Positions 26,401 to 35,897 of a stretch of 64,000 bases of DNA are shown here, piece by piece. Source of the DNA: a virus; IMG/VR virus record IMGVR_UViG_3300028388_002189, positions 17,259-81,258 of that record. One strand, given 5' to 3'. Each line of letters starts with the position of its first letter. Within the stretch, counting starts at the first letter, position 1. Below the pieces are notes generated by a model. That model saw nothing but the letters and a program-made list of their open reading frames with translations, did not search any database and was not told the origin of the DNA. The translations under genes were made by a program, and so were the position numbers.

Positions 26401-28295
26401 CTTAAAAGGTAAGAAGAAGACCCTGTTAAGAATGATCCTATCGTACCCGCAGTTACTGTAGCCGCAGAAATAGGACTAAGCATCTTGATCGCGCCTAACC
26501 CTGTACCAGACTGCGCAACAGAAGCCGTTGTGTTAGCAAGCGTAAAGTCAATCGCAGAAGGGATCGCATCGCCAAGACGTGTCTGTCCTTGCGCAGAACC
26601 TAAACCTGTGTAGCCAAGTAACATTTGGTCGATCATCGAGAGATGCGAGTTAACTGAAGGGAAGACTAAGGGTGTGTTCGTGTTAGTACCGTAGATGATA
26701 CCGCCACGAAGTCCGTGAAGAGTACGACTCTTCATGTTGTCTGCGCTCAAGTCTGCTTGAGTATGGAAGACCCTAGAGGGTGCTTTGAATGTTGCAGGAA
26801 CTGCATTACTGTCAATACCTTCAAATGCACTACCCGTAGATAACCAAGCGTGTACAAGAGGCTGAACAGAGGTATCCGTGACTGCGCCAGGAACAAAGTA
26901 TTCGCTTAGCGACTCTTGATCAGCTTGGTTTGATGTAGACTTACTCTCACTGTTAAATACGTTGAGTACTACAAAGTCATTGTAATCAGAGCCACTAATC
27001 TTAAGGAATAGCGCCTTTAGGAAAGACCAATACATACGGTCAATGGCGTTCTCTTCTGCCCCAAAGAAGTGCATAGGAGTAAGTCCAAGATCCGCATAAG
27101 GCGATTCTTGGTCGCTTAAGAAGTTTGAACTTCGGACACCTTGAGAGTTTGTTTGCGCCCAAAACTGAGATTGCTCATAAGCGTTGTGCTGACTTGCGTT
27201 AGCGTCCACCGAATCAAGCAATACTTGGTAATCTACAAACTTGTTATCTGCAAGCAAAGCAAAGATGTGCTCTTGGCTCAATGCTGAAGTTACACCTTGA
27301 TAATTAGGGTCATTGTCAATCGATGACCGAACCATAGCGACACGCGCACACCACCTAAGTTGAGACCTATGTGTCGTTTCAAAACCAAGAGCGCTTGATT
27401 GGATTTCTGTATCCTCGATTGAAGATACGTCTTCTTCAAATACTTGGATATAAGTAACAAGTCTTGGTAAACCGCCGATGCCTTCACTTTTACTAGCCGC
27501 TTGATCGACGGCACTGTCATAAAGAGATCTGTATTCTTCAAGAGTGTTTGGTGGAAGGATCACATACTCACTGCCGACTTCAGCAGGTGATGGTAGGTTA
27601 CACGTTACATTAGTTGCGGACGCACCTAGAATATCGAACTCTTGCCCTGCAAGATTGCCTGTTAAGAATCTTACTCGACACGCCCCTTCTTGTACTTGAA
27701 CAACATGGTCATTTGTCGCCCGTGTAAACGAAGGTGTAGTTGTAGAAGATACGTTAGCGTAACTTGGACTGACAACTTCTACATGACTCATCAGTGTCAA
27801 GCGATGCTCTGGAGAAAAGTTCTTTTCACTATCAACGATCTTATTAGTAGTCGATTCACTAACAACACCTTTGAAGAGGTAATTCTCATATGGGCGGTCA
27901 GAGGTGTCAGTCGCTACATTGTCAACAATCTTACCGTAGTCAAAGATGATCGAAGGGGATAGATTGTCCGAACTCCTAAACGAAGAAGTATCAATGACAC
28001 CTTTGCGAGTATCAAGACGACCAAGCGTTAGCGCAAAGTTGTCTTTGTTACGATCAGATAATGGAGTTACGCCATCAACAGCAGTCATCGCCCACTCGCG
28101 ATAGTCTAACTGACTAGGACCGTAACCCATCTTCTCAATCAACGCTGAAGTAGCTTGCGCTTGGAGCGCTGCACTCATATCGTTGAGGTCTACATCAAGG
28201 ATAGGCTTACCTTGCTGAAACACTACCTTGTTATACTGCTTTGTCTTATCGAACTCATGGTTCGGATTACTTAGATTCGGTGATGAAGCCATCAT
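23409..28295 (-). CDS. large baseplate/tail fibre protein with a DUF6519-like N-terminus
   Basis: FDKTKQYNKVVFQQGKPILDVDLND and ETTHRSQLRW resemble DUF6519 motifs of CIS loci; 1628 aa. Confidence 0.7.
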   Translation of the reverse strand: MMASSPNLSNPNHEFDKTKQYNKVVFQQGKPILDVDLNDMSAALQAQATSALIEKMGYGPSQLDYREWAMTAVDGVTPLSDRNKDNFALTLGRLDTRKGVIDTSSFRSSDNLSPSIIFDYGKIVDNVATDTSDRPYENYLFKGVVSESTTNKIVDSEKNFSPEHRLTLMSHVEVVSPSYANVSSTTTPSFTRATNDHVVQVQEGACRVRFLTGNLAGQEFDILGASATNVTCNLPSPAEVGSEYVILPPNTLEEYRSLYDSAVDQAASKSEGIGGLPRLVTYIQVFEEDVSSIEDTEIQSSALGFETTHRSQLRWCARVAMVRSSIDNDPNYQGVTSALSQEHIFALLADNKFVDYQVLLDSVDANASQHNAYEQSQFWAQTNSQGVRSSNFLSDQESPYADLGLTPMHFFGAEENAIDRMYWSFLKALFLKISGSDYNDFVVLNVFNSESKSTSNQADQESLSEYFVPGAVTDTSVQPLVHAWLSTGSAFEGIDSNAVPATFKAPSRVFHTQADLSADNMKSRTLHGLRGGIIYGTNTNTPLVFPSVNSHLSMIDQMLLGYTGLGSAQGQTRLGDAIPSAIDFTLANTTASVAQSGTGLGAIKMLSPISAATVTAGTIGSFLTGSSSYLLRDKGNRSSHTVNVYDEDLGWSLYKKEDSKLVDPVTNKSDLTLRGWEEGMAQATAFQQGINFRKLAIKTTAHKSMDLFTISEQPAQINSDIGAVRPQDAITSALMIPDDQTRDYSGNLFIDSYSAVGRTDESDSDYLPSNFIPTNLTEFSVKPLLSNYQPTGGVKGFTGISNQDRTVNKNYGPWNRFNQLDIVNSANFTSNGDPLTVVNDLWQNRCTAMRLRYHVGDFYPGELDSRGVPRNLLVDSMNLFMKVEPLSLAHWMTMPKHQHSILENSISFAEGIEALLKVSHGLGDTQKLVNGSNQPLIQDSSPSLSEGGDYQSRSVGDVDPLNLPFEHYKQPFVHWYHPMMHKIKAPHPDGTNTKYTNSDNLDYDITVYPKFGRRSLIVPALVPSIFEKRLYDDSVQSHVFPITRENNYETFPTRIGDSSESDVKQGFTVDISNETDATGLVDGSPIIPYPYHGTNPSSDTGTTSYSADTGSITVRNNQITFPAIGTHSDPLTPTPVFIPAGRVYAQQTGSATELDVGFNPLMTDSLFSQWNDVSSLEEDNFPYDEKSTYYELEAGGAAELPFAFQREYSSWSTPVLRASISTNTVSGIVDLVRTSFETGLETVTLSSDYSFTMPISAAPSNQVPGVGPDNPLDTLFVGDTGTALGGFSNRKGFISPLAFGVPVDNSGLVPNGGVCARDYFEIAVANPPSTGLFVSFSSIANMGLQQKLMWNCSFRVLHARPSGSVNQGASTAPKSLTEMFLVKDRISNGNKQLNFTPSGPTKKPFIHLMSTHPATQANFPNKNQIDHLYPMVSDSTGGPTSEGFTYYPNSETTSLDYSNAIVKTASMGDTYAADPFDYALNEFVLGADNPLREHDLLEKNSGIEVDILSELQAIHSSPDVHNLDEVDSVTGLSFQSMMPTANELTLPGDHELVFVLYTGHYGAKMFDTNDEVSIENIPPVAGCHLTATLEINRPSERTNSTAQSNVHYGVTMNSDDDPINTYSIPSTK

Positions 28296-28861
28296 TAACT
28301 CCTGTTGATTGAGAACTGAATGTCGATCACTCGCTCAATAACTAGCGTAGCGTCTTTTTGAATGAGAGGATGTGTAATCCAATTAAACATGATCCCAGAG
28401 TCGTCAGCGACGGTAGCGTCCCCTCCAAATAACCCAAACTCCCTTAAGTCACCATTTGCGTCATTCTCTCCGAGTATACGAATAATCTTGAATCGAGGAC
28501 TGAGCTCTTGAGGGTCAAGAACAGAACCGCTTTGGTTTAAGAACTGAAAGTCGTCTGCGGCAAGGGCAAACCTAGTAAGTTCGTTTGTTAGTGAAGTCTG
28601 TGTTACAGGTTTCACCACATTATTGGGATCAGAGTCCCACGAAGGATTACCTGTGCCAAGCGCGAGGTAACGGATCGGACTAAAGTTGTTGAAAAGTCCC
28701 GATGTAGTGTCTTCTACCCCTGCAACAGAACCTGCGATCTGCAAGAGTGCGGAGTCTTGGATTTGGTTGAAAGACCAACCCCGATCTTCAATACGCTCTG
28801 ATCCTGTGTGAGACTTCCATCTCAGCCTATCTCTAAACTTACCTACCATGTGTAACTGCAT
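28295..28861 (-). CDS. tail collar/fibre-attachment protein
   Basis: YLALGTG, LTNELTR, ANGDLREFGLFGG. Confidence 0.7.
   Translation of the reverse strand: MQLHMVGKFRDRLRWKSHTGSERIEDRGWSFNQIQDSALLQIAGSVAGVEDTTSGLFNNFSPIRYLALGTGNPSWDSDPNNVVKPVTQTSLTNELTRFALAADDFQFLNQSGSVLDPQELSPRFKIIRILGENDANGDLREFGLFGGDATVADDSGIMFNWITHPLIQKDATLVIERVIDIQFSINRS
28684..28695 (-). repeat. genome-wide motif, copy 6 (LFNNF register)
   Basis: AGTTGTTGAAAAGT on the + strand. Confidence 0.9.
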
Positions 28862-30307
28862 TTATAATCCCTCGTTTAATACGTTGTGGTAAAGTCTACC
28901 AACATTACCAACAGCAGAGGAGTCCCAAGTGATATTAGTAGCCGACTCGTTACTGTCAGAGTGTGGGTAAGTATATAATACACCTGTATTACTTTCATTA
29001 GAAATTGACTCGGTGATTATGAGGTCTCCCGATTCGTCAGCGCCTCTACTTCTTGAATCATCAAAGGACTCTGAGACTGAAAGAGTCAAAGACTCATTGT
29101 ATATGTCAGCTACTTGGACGCTAAAGTTTGCATAGTGAATCGCCAAGTAATCTAGGAGCCTTTCAATCTTTTCTTTAGCCAAGTCCCTTAGAAGAGGAGA
29201 CCCATTACTAAGAGGAGAAGATAGATTAATCAAAACACCAAAGATGTTTAACCAAGTACTACCATCATGGATTACTCTGAATGGAGAAGAACTAGAGCCT
29301 GGGGTATATCCGTGATTAGGGTTAGACAGATCGGGAGTGCCATTAAAAGGACTCGCGTTTACTTGATCCGCCCAAACACCATCCACCTGCTCATCCCAAT
29401 CAGAAGGTGGGGTATTAGGATCTAATGCGTCTTCAGCAGTCGCTGTCGTGATCACATAGTCATAGCCAGACACCAACTCAACGTCCCAACCTGTGATCCT
29501 TTGAAGCACTAGCTCAAAAGCGTCGTTCGTACCCTTACTCTTCCAAACATTTACTGCGTCAGCAGTCTCAGATCTCCTTCTAGACTCTTTAAGTTCAAAG
29601 TTGGTGGGCCAACCTAGAATATTATCTATGTAAGGAATAAAAGCTGCGTCAACTTCGTTGATATCGAAACGCTTGCCTTTATATTGATTAATTCTCTCTT
29701 TGACTTCATCAAGAGGCTTACCCAATATTTGGCATAGTCTATACAGAGTGTCTGAGCCTTCAGACTTGTCTTTTATACGGATACCTCTTGGGAAGTAGTC
29801 AAACATCTGTTGACCTAGACTAGAGGAACCAGAGCTCAACGGAAACGCACGATCATGTCCATTAATAGGAGAGAATAACCAAGAAGTTACTCCTTGGTCA
29901 CTTATCGCCTCGTAAAAGACAGTATAGTACCAAACTGTTCTTTCCTTACTGACGTCATGGTCGAGTAGGAGTTGATACTCGTTCAGTGTTAATCCAGATA
30001 AGTCTTGATCAAGCACAACGCTCGCTTGACTATCCGCAAAAGACCTAGGGAACTCTTTTGGTTTCTTAAGGATCTTAGTGTTACCCGTAAGCGTGTAACC
30101 TTGTGGAGATGTCGGGAAAGCATAATTTACCCTTATATGGTCTCCGTTGACTACAACGTTAGGCTGATCCTCTTCGGGAATAGCACCAACAGTTAAGTTC
30201 GACTCTTCTACTTTAAGAGGAGCGTTAAAACCTAGTCTTGGCACTGCTATCGTGCCGTCACCTATCTCTCGGACAAAAGCAAACTGCCAATATTCATGTG
30301 TAGCCAT
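28862..30307 (-). CDS. baseplate wedge protein (P2 gpI-like tail protein)
   Basis: FIPYIDNILGW...RR...WKSKGT...ITGW. Confidence 0.75.
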   Translation of the reverse strand: MATHEYWQFAFVREIGDGTIAVPRLGFNAPLKVEESNLTVGAIPEEDQPNVVVNGDHIRVNYAFPTSPQGYTLTGNTKILKKPKEFPRSFADSQASVVLDQDLSGLTLNEYQLLLDHDVSKERTVWYYTVFYEAISDQGVTSWLFSPINGHDRAFPLSSGSSSLGQQMFDYFPRGIRIKDKSEGSDTLYRLCQILGKPLDEVKERINQYKGKRFDINEVDAAFIPYIDNILGWPTNFELKESRRRSETADAVNVWKSKGTNDAFELVLQRITGWDVELVSGYDYVITTATAEDALDPNTPPSDWDEQVDGVWADQVNASPFNGTPDLSNPNHGYTPGSSSSPFRVIHDGSTWLNIFGVLINLSSPLSNGSPLLRDLAKEKIERLLDYLAIHYANFSVQVADIYNESLTLSVSESFDDSRSRGADESGDLIITESISNESNTGVLYTYPHSDSNESATNITWDSSAVGNVGRLYHNVLNEGL

Positions 30308-32208
30308 TAGATGCCCCCTAGATAGGTGAGCTTAAACTGACTCTGAATAAGTCTCCCATCATTTTGGATGGGTGCAACAACGATCTCATGTGGTCGAGTT
30401 TCAATGTTCCCTAAATAGTTATCAACAGAGAACTCCCAACTATCCCCATAAGAAGGAGTAACAACGCCTACATCAATCGCAATCTTAAACTGATCTTCTT
30501 GAGAAGGCTCTGTTTCACTTGGACTTTGGTTGTAGATGGACACCAAGTTGCTTGCTTGGGTTAAGAAGGTCTCAATGTTACCGTTGATATCTGTGACAAG
30601 ATTACCATCAGACTTCCTAAGTCTAAACGAGTCTGCGTTTAACCACTCTACTGTGTAGGTCTCTCTGCGCATCTGGGGTTTGATGTCCGTCACGTTCAAA
30701 GTTGCGCCTTCAAAGGCGACTTCGTTCCCACTCAAAAATCTAAGTCGGGGTAACCTATGGAATGCAGTGACATTCACATAGTCCACACCTCTAGTATTTT
30801 CGATAGCCTGTACGACAGCAGACATTGGAATATCCTCGCCAAAGTCGTCTGTGATCTTGTTGAATAAGACTTGTAATGCTTGGTCAACATCAAACTCTAC
30901 GGTCTGCCTTAGCAAGTTCGGATAAACATGGATGGTAGCCTCTAAGAAAGGATTGACCGCTGTTGGCTTTAATACCGACAAGCGTGTGGGTACAGGTTTC
31001 TTTTGATTTAACCACCGACCGACTGCGCCTACCGTCCCATACCCATTTTGAAGACGATCAAACCACTTACCGTCGGGTATCGGATTTTCCCCTTCGACAG
31101 CGACATATACATTAACCTCTAAAGGAGAGTCTCCTTGAACGGCTCTAGCAGTTCTAATCGCACGACCAGGTGTTTGAAGAGATAGTGTCTCAAAGTCTTC
31201 TAGAGTTACGCAACGGTCAAGCGCCCTAAGAGTCAAAGGTGCTCGTTTCTTTGCAGTGACAATATCTTCGGGATCGCTGCCCCCAGAAGGTTGACTCACG
31301 TTGTAGACTTCAGTCACTCCTTCTAAGTTGTCGTACTCTATGATGCTACCAATGCCCGCTCTGTTGGTGAACTCACCCCCATCAACACGATAAGAGGCTA
31401 TGATTGTAGAGTTCACAGAAGGAATACGACCATTAACACCATCGCCAAACTTGATCAGAACTTCCTGTGTATCTAAGAATCGATACACAAACACATTATC
31501 ATCGGGTTCTGTTCCTAAGAATGATGTTCTTGCTTCATAGATATCCCCATTTATGATCACTTTTATAGACTCGGCACCATTGACACCTAAGCACACAGGA
31601 GAACTTGGTAGAAGGAATACTTGATCGGGATTACCGTTCGATACTCCAATACCTTCTGTTACAGACCTCCCTGCGACAAAGATTAAACGATCGTCTACTG
31701 CGCTTGGCTCAGCAAAGATCCTAGTAACTTTGGACTGCTCGTAAGATAAGCAATATAAGCCCGCAGGTCCTAGTTGGACGTCTTCAGTCAGTTCATATTC
31801 TAAAGGATCAACATCTCCACCTTCAGACGTCCTAACCTTAAACCCTGTCGGCAAGGTAACATTATCAAGATTAGTGCGAACCACCATACCTACAGTCGCA
31901 GGAGTCGCTGGCGCGAGTTCGTAACCAATCAGCCTTAATAAGTCTACAACAGCTTCTCTAGTCTGTGCAGTTGCAAGATAGGATTCGTTTTGAGCTCTAT
32001 CTAGTTGGTACGAGAGAATGTCTGCGACATATGCCATAGACTCGATCAGAGTAACTCCGATATCACCAGGTTCTCTATCCGTCCATTCGGGAGTCAAGGT
32101 ATCGGCTAACTTCAACATCTCCGCTCTTAGAGCATCATAATCTCTAGCGGTATAGTCGATCTGAATAGGCAATCCACCTAGCGAGGTCGTTGGATTTCTT
32201 AAAGGCAT
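30307..32208 (-). CDS. baseplate wedge protein (gpJ/gp6/Afp11-like)
   Basis: IDYTARDY, PEWTD, DIGVTLIE, NESYLATA, IKFGDGVNGRIP, GGSDPE, RCVTLEDF. Confidence 0.9.
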   Translation of the reverse strand: MPLRNPTTSLGGLPIQIDYTARDYDALRAEMLKLADTLTPEWTDREPGDIGVTLIESMAYVADILSYQLDRAQNESYLATAQTREAVVDLLRLIGYELAPATPATVGMVVRTNLDNVTLPTGFKVRTSEGGDVDPLEYELTEDVQLGPAGLYCLSYEQSKVTRIFAEPSAVDDRLIFVAGRSVTEGIGVSNGNPDQVFLLPSSPVCLGVNGAESIKVIINGDIYEARTSFLGTEPDDNVFVYRFLDTQEVLIKFGDGVNGRIPSVNSTIIASYRVDGGEFTNRAGIGSIIEYDNLEGVTEVYNVSQPSGGSDPEDIVTAKKRAPLTLRALDRCVTLEDFETLSLQTPGRAIRTARAVQGDSPLEVNVYVAVEGENPIPDGKWFDRLQNGYGTVGAVGRWLNQKKPVPTRLSVLKPTAVNPFLEATIHVYPNLLRQTVEFDVDQALQVLFNKITDDFGEDIPMSAVVQAIENTRGVDYVNVTAFHRLPRLRFLSGNEVAFEGATLNVTDIKPQMRRETYTVEWLNADSFRLRKSDGNLVTDINGNIETFLTQASNLVSIYNQSPSETEPSQEDQFKIAIDVGVVTPSYGDSWEFSVDNYLGNIETRPHEIVVAPIQNDGRLIQSQFKLTYLGGI

Positions 32209-32217
32209 GGTCTTCTC

Positions 32218-32583
32218 CTATAGGTAGAACGTCAAGTTCTCAAACTCGGTACTCGTATCTAGTTTGATGGTCATGTTAACGATTAACTGCCCATCAATGT
32301 CTGGTTGCGCTAACTCCACATCGAGAACGGATACCCTACTCTCTCCCGCTTCAACGCCCATTCTTATTCTGTGCTTCAACAGTTGACTCTCTGAGAAGTC
32401 TAAGTTTCTAAATAAGGCTTGATGACCTAAAGACCCCACTGAGGGGTTCATCAAACGCTCCCCAATGGAGGTTAAAACAATGGCTCTTATGTTCTCTTTG
32501 ATCTTATCAACACCTTCAGATGTGCGCAAAGATCCTCGACTATTGAACCTAAGAGGAAAGGATAACCCTTTTAGTAATGGCAT
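32218..32583 (-). CDS. GPW/gp25 family baseplate protein
   Basis: GLSFPL, ILT-like IVLTSIGERLMNP, ESRV. Confidence 0.9.
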   Translation of the reverse strand: MPLLKGLSFPLRFNSRGSLRTSEGVDKIKENIRAIVLTSIGERLMNPSVGSLGHQALFRNLDFSESQLLKHRIRMGVEAGESRVSVLDVELAQPDIDGQLIVNMTIKLDTSTEFENLTFYL

Positions 32584-32594
32584 AGTAAGTCTCC

Positions 32595-33872
32595 TTAAGC
32601 CTCAAAGTTGTTAGCATTATAGTCGTCTGGTCGGTTAACGTCAGTCCGAATAAGACTTGTAGGGAATCTCTCCGCCGCTCTGTCTAAGGTATCTTCTACT
32701 TGATCAACTTCTTTGACGAACGACTTAAACATATTAACAATATTTTCATAGTTCACAGTTGGATTAGGTGCTTGGACATGGAGAAGCACAGCACCACTAT
32801 AGAGTATTTCTTTACCCGTCCTTAACTTTTCGTCAGTAACAATACCTCTATCACGAAGGAGATCTTCGACTTTATTACTTAACGAGGACTGAGGATAGTT
32901 AGGATGGTTAACGCTGTTCATCAATGCCCGACTAAAGTCTTGATCTTTACCAGTGCCAGATAGCACTAAAACGGCGTTCGCATCCCCAAAAGCAAACAGT
33001 TGAGCGATACCGTTTATAGCGTCAAGGATTGCTTGTACCCTATTAGATATAATGTTTACCCTACGTCGTGCAAGTTCAAGTATTTCACTTATGGCATCAA
33101 GTCTCGACTTGGCGCTTGATAGACCATTGATTGCCTCTGTAAGTGCGACAACTAAGTTTTTTATCGCCCCAAACTCTAAGAGGTCTATCTTGTAGTTGAA
33201 GTCGGGAGCAGAACCTTGTCCGCCCTTCAAAACACTATCGAGGTCTAAGACCTCCGTGACTGCGCTGTACTTTGTAGACGTAAAACCATCGAACAGGTCT
33301 TCACCTATCCCCTCAATCTGACTCTTTAGCCTACCAAATACATTTAATAACTCTTCTATATTAGGAAGACTCCAAAGGGCAAGGAGAGCTACTGCGGAAG
33401 TATCTGATACTGTGACAGGTCTATTACCATCCTCTAGGTCTGTATACGCATTAGCTACGTCATAGAGGATTTCGTCGGGAGTACGCCTTGACTTTGGACT
33501 GCTTGGGAAGTGGTAAAGTGTGCTTATGGATAACCCTGTAAATAAGTTTAGAATACCTGTCACTACTTCTCTGAGAGCAGTTATGAAGGCGGAAAAGGCA
33601 TCTGTAGCAAAGCCTAATGCGATCGCCACAATATCAACAATAACCTCTAGGGTTTCAATCAAAGCGTTGATTGTAAATGCTACGTTATCTACGCCTTCTA
33701 CTACGCTGGCAATTGAATCTACGTCTATCCCTATGACCTCAAGAACCTCTGAGAGATTTATCCCTTTACCCCATCGCAATTCAAAAGGAGTATCTCCGTA
33801 CTCTTTGACGTATTCTTTCCAAGTTGACTCCCTAGTCAACCCTCTCTGTCTTGATTCTATGGGACTTGTCAT
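32595..33872 (-). CDS. hypothetical helical protein in the baseplate module
   Basis: 425 aa, long amphipathic/hydrophobic helices. Confidence 0.65.
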   Translation of the reverse strand: MTSPIESRQRGLTRESTWKEYVKEYGDTPFELRWGKGINLSEVLEVIGIDVDSIASVVEGVDNVAFTINALIETLEVIVDIVAIALGFATDAFSAFITALREVVTGILNLFTGLSISTLYHFPSSPKSRRTPDEILYDVANAYTDLEDGNRPVTVSDTSAVALLALWSLPNIEELLNVFGRLKSQIEGIGEDLFDGFTSTKYSAVTEVLDLDSVLKGGQGSAPDFNYKIDLLEFGAIKNLVVALTEAINGLSSAKSRLDAISEILELARRRVNIISNRVQAILDAINGIAQLFAFGDANAVLVLSGTGKDQDFSRALMNSVNHPNYPQSSLSNKVEDLLRDRGIVTDEKLRTGKEILYSGAVLLHVQAPNPTVNYENIVNMFKSFVKEVDQVEDTLDRAAERFPTSLIRTDVNRPDDYNANNFEA

Positions 33873-34146
33873 GTGGTTTTCTGCCTTGCGCCTTCATTAA
33901 ATGTGCTCGTATGAGGGCGACCGCAGAAGTCATCTCCTTCTTTGCGCTTGCCCAAGCAATAAACTCTAGTGTGTCTTTAACTGTTGATTTTACTATCGTA
34001 GCGTCGGTACGTCTACCATTGATCAGATCGTTTACTGCATTAAGGCGAGAAGTTAAGTCTTCTGCATACGACTCCATTGATAAGCCGCGTTGATCCCAAG
34101 GTGTGGGAATACAGTTCTCTAATTTCTTTATTGTATCTTCGTCCAT
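33832..34146 (-). CDS. hypothetical protein
   Basis: 104 aa in the operon. Confidence 0.6.
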   Translation of the reverse strand: MDEDTIKKLENCIPTPWDQRGLSMESYAEDLTSRLNAVNDLINGRRTDATIVKSTVKDTLEFIAWASAKKEMTSAVALIRAHLMKAQGRKPHDKSHRIKTERVD

Positions 34147-34155
34147 GACTCACCG

Positions 34156-34167
34156 AGTTGTTGAAAA
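34156..34167 (-). repeat. genome-wide motif, copy 7 (intergenic)
   Basis: AGTTGTTGAAAAGT in a 24-nt gap between genes. Confidence 0.9.
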
Positions 34168-34170
34168 GTT

Positions 34171-34500
34171 TTAACTTAGCGTACCTATGCCTGTGCCAGT
34201 ACCTGTCGCTGTTCCTATGATTGGTGCAGGATTTGACTGTGCAACCGCTGTACCTGTTACGTTAACAGTACCTGTTGGATTAGTAGTCGTCGAGGTAGTT
34301 GTCACGTTGGTGTTTACAGTAGCGGTCAATATCCAAGCATGAATCGCTGTGGCATACGCTTGTGATCTTTGTTCTATAGCTGTTAACGTTACGGGATCTA
34401 TCACAGGTGGAATAGCGCCCCTCGCTGCATACTGTTGATTAAGAAAGTTAATATCTACTTGAGCTAACGCCTGTCCTAAAGTTACGGGATTCAAAGCCAT
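34171..34500 (-). CDS. small Thr/Gly-rich protein after the spike gene (possible spike tip)
   Basis: ends GTATGTGTGIGTLS; directly follows the gpV/gp5-like gene. Confidence 0.55.
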   Translation of the reverse strand: MALNPVTLGQALAQVDINFLNQQYAARGAIPPVIDPVTLTAIEQRSQAYATAIHAWILTATVNTNVTTTSTTTNPTGTVNVTGTAVAQSNPAPIIGTATGTGTGIGTLS

Positions 34501-34503
34501 GTC

Positions 34504-35895
34504 TTATGCCTTACTTAAATATACACACTCTGAGAGTATTAGAGGTTGTGTGGGAGTTGGAGTTAAGAAGGTCGCCCTTGCGCTAGTGATTGCTGTTTGG
34601 GCAGCGATAGAGGCAGTAGCTAAAACAGGGTTAGGACCGCCAAAACCAGGAGTTACGCCACCAGAACTCATCGTTGAGAAGAAAACGTCAAGCGAAGACA
34701 ATAAAGCCTCCATGAATAGTTGGAGTTGAGTACCCATAACCGCAGGTTCTTTGATTAAAGGAACGCTTGTTGCACCCATTAAAGGAATCGTGTTTAGTAA
34801 GTTACCTAGATAAACATGACCGCCTAGTGCAGCAGGTACACCACCTCTTAAGTTAATACCATATCTTGCAATACCTGCGATATCCGCACTCGATATCGTG
34901 ACATTTCCGTTAAGTCCTTGAACAGACAACGAGTCCTGTGCAAAGATTCCTGTAGTAATAGAAGTCGCATTAGAGAAACTCATAAACCCTTTGGACGCGC
35001 TAACAAGATCAATGTTACCAAAAGAGTTAACAGATAGGTCGCCCCCAGAAGACAGATCTAATAAGTTAGCCATTGTCGCTTTCAAAGACCCACCGTCTAC
35101 TTGAACTAGACCTTCAATCGTCGCTTGAAGGCTGTCAGAAGAAGAAACAACAGGTCCAGACACATCTACTTGTTTTGTCCCAAGTATCTGCGAGGTGTAG
35201 TTGCCATCCACAGTTTCTGTATGAGAGCCCACCTCTTCTACTCGGTTATCAATTACGACCTCTTTACGATGCTTTGATCTTGTTAGCACCTTAGACTCTG
35301 TAACAATATTGATGGAACCGTCGGGCAGAATCTCAATATGAGCGCCATTCGCATGGTGTAGTTGTATACGCTCTCCGCCATCAGTGTCGTCGAACTCAAG
35401 ACGGTGACCTGTCTTAGTCTGTAAGATTGTAACCTCACCATACTCCCCTTCAAAAGAAGAAGTCGGTACACCATAACGACCTTTCAAAGCACCGTAGTCC
35501 GACCCGTCAAAGTGCCCTCGACCATGAGCAGGAACTGAGCTCGGTTCGCGCTGAAACGCATCACTCTGTTCTAAGTCAGATCCGTCACTTAGATGTCCAT
35601 CTGTTACCAGATCAAAGTAACCACCCGAATAAATAGGGTAAGAAGTTAAACCTTCTTCACACTCAATCCAAACAACAGAACCGACAGGAGGGACTGAGAA
35701 AAACCCACAATCACGACCTCCGTAAAAAGGCATACAAGGAAGTGCCCAAGGCGACTCACCCGCTCCATAGAGCTCTACATTTTCAACCTTTATTCGACCT
35801 CTACGCTCTGGGTCTTGATTGTTAGAGACCCTCGCTTTTCTCTTACCGTATACACGCCCATAATAGCGTCTTTCGTATTCATTCTCGTCTATCAT
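34504..35895 (-). CDS. baseplate spike protein (gpV/gp5/VgrG OB-fold)
   Basis: YGKRKARVSNNQDPERRGRIKV, WALPCMP, GFFSVPPVGSVVWIECEEG..YPIY, GHRLEFDDT. Confidence 0.9.
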   Translation of the reverse strand: MIDENEYERRYYGRVYGKRKARVSNNQDPERRGRIKVENVELYGAGESPWALPCMPFYGGRDCGFFSVPPVGSVVWIECEEGLTSYPIYSGGYFDLVTDGHLSDGSDLEQSDAFQREPSSVPAHGRGHFDGSDYGALKGRYGVPTSSFEGEYGEVTILQTKTGHRLEFDDTDGGERIQLHHANGAHIEILPDGSINIVTESKVLTRSKHRKEVVIDNRVEEVGSHTETVDGNYTSQILGTKQVDVSGPVVSSSDSLQATIEGLVQVDGGSLKATMANLLDLSSGGDLSVNSFGNIDLVSASKGFMSFSNATSITTGIFAQDSLSVQGLNGNVTISSADIAGIARYGINLRGGVPAALGGHVYLGNLLNTIPLMGATSVPLIKEPAVMGTQLQLFMEALLSSLDVFFSTMSSGGVTPGFGGPNPVLATASIAAQTAITSARATFLTPTPTQPLILSECVYLSKA

Positions 35896-35897
35896 AT

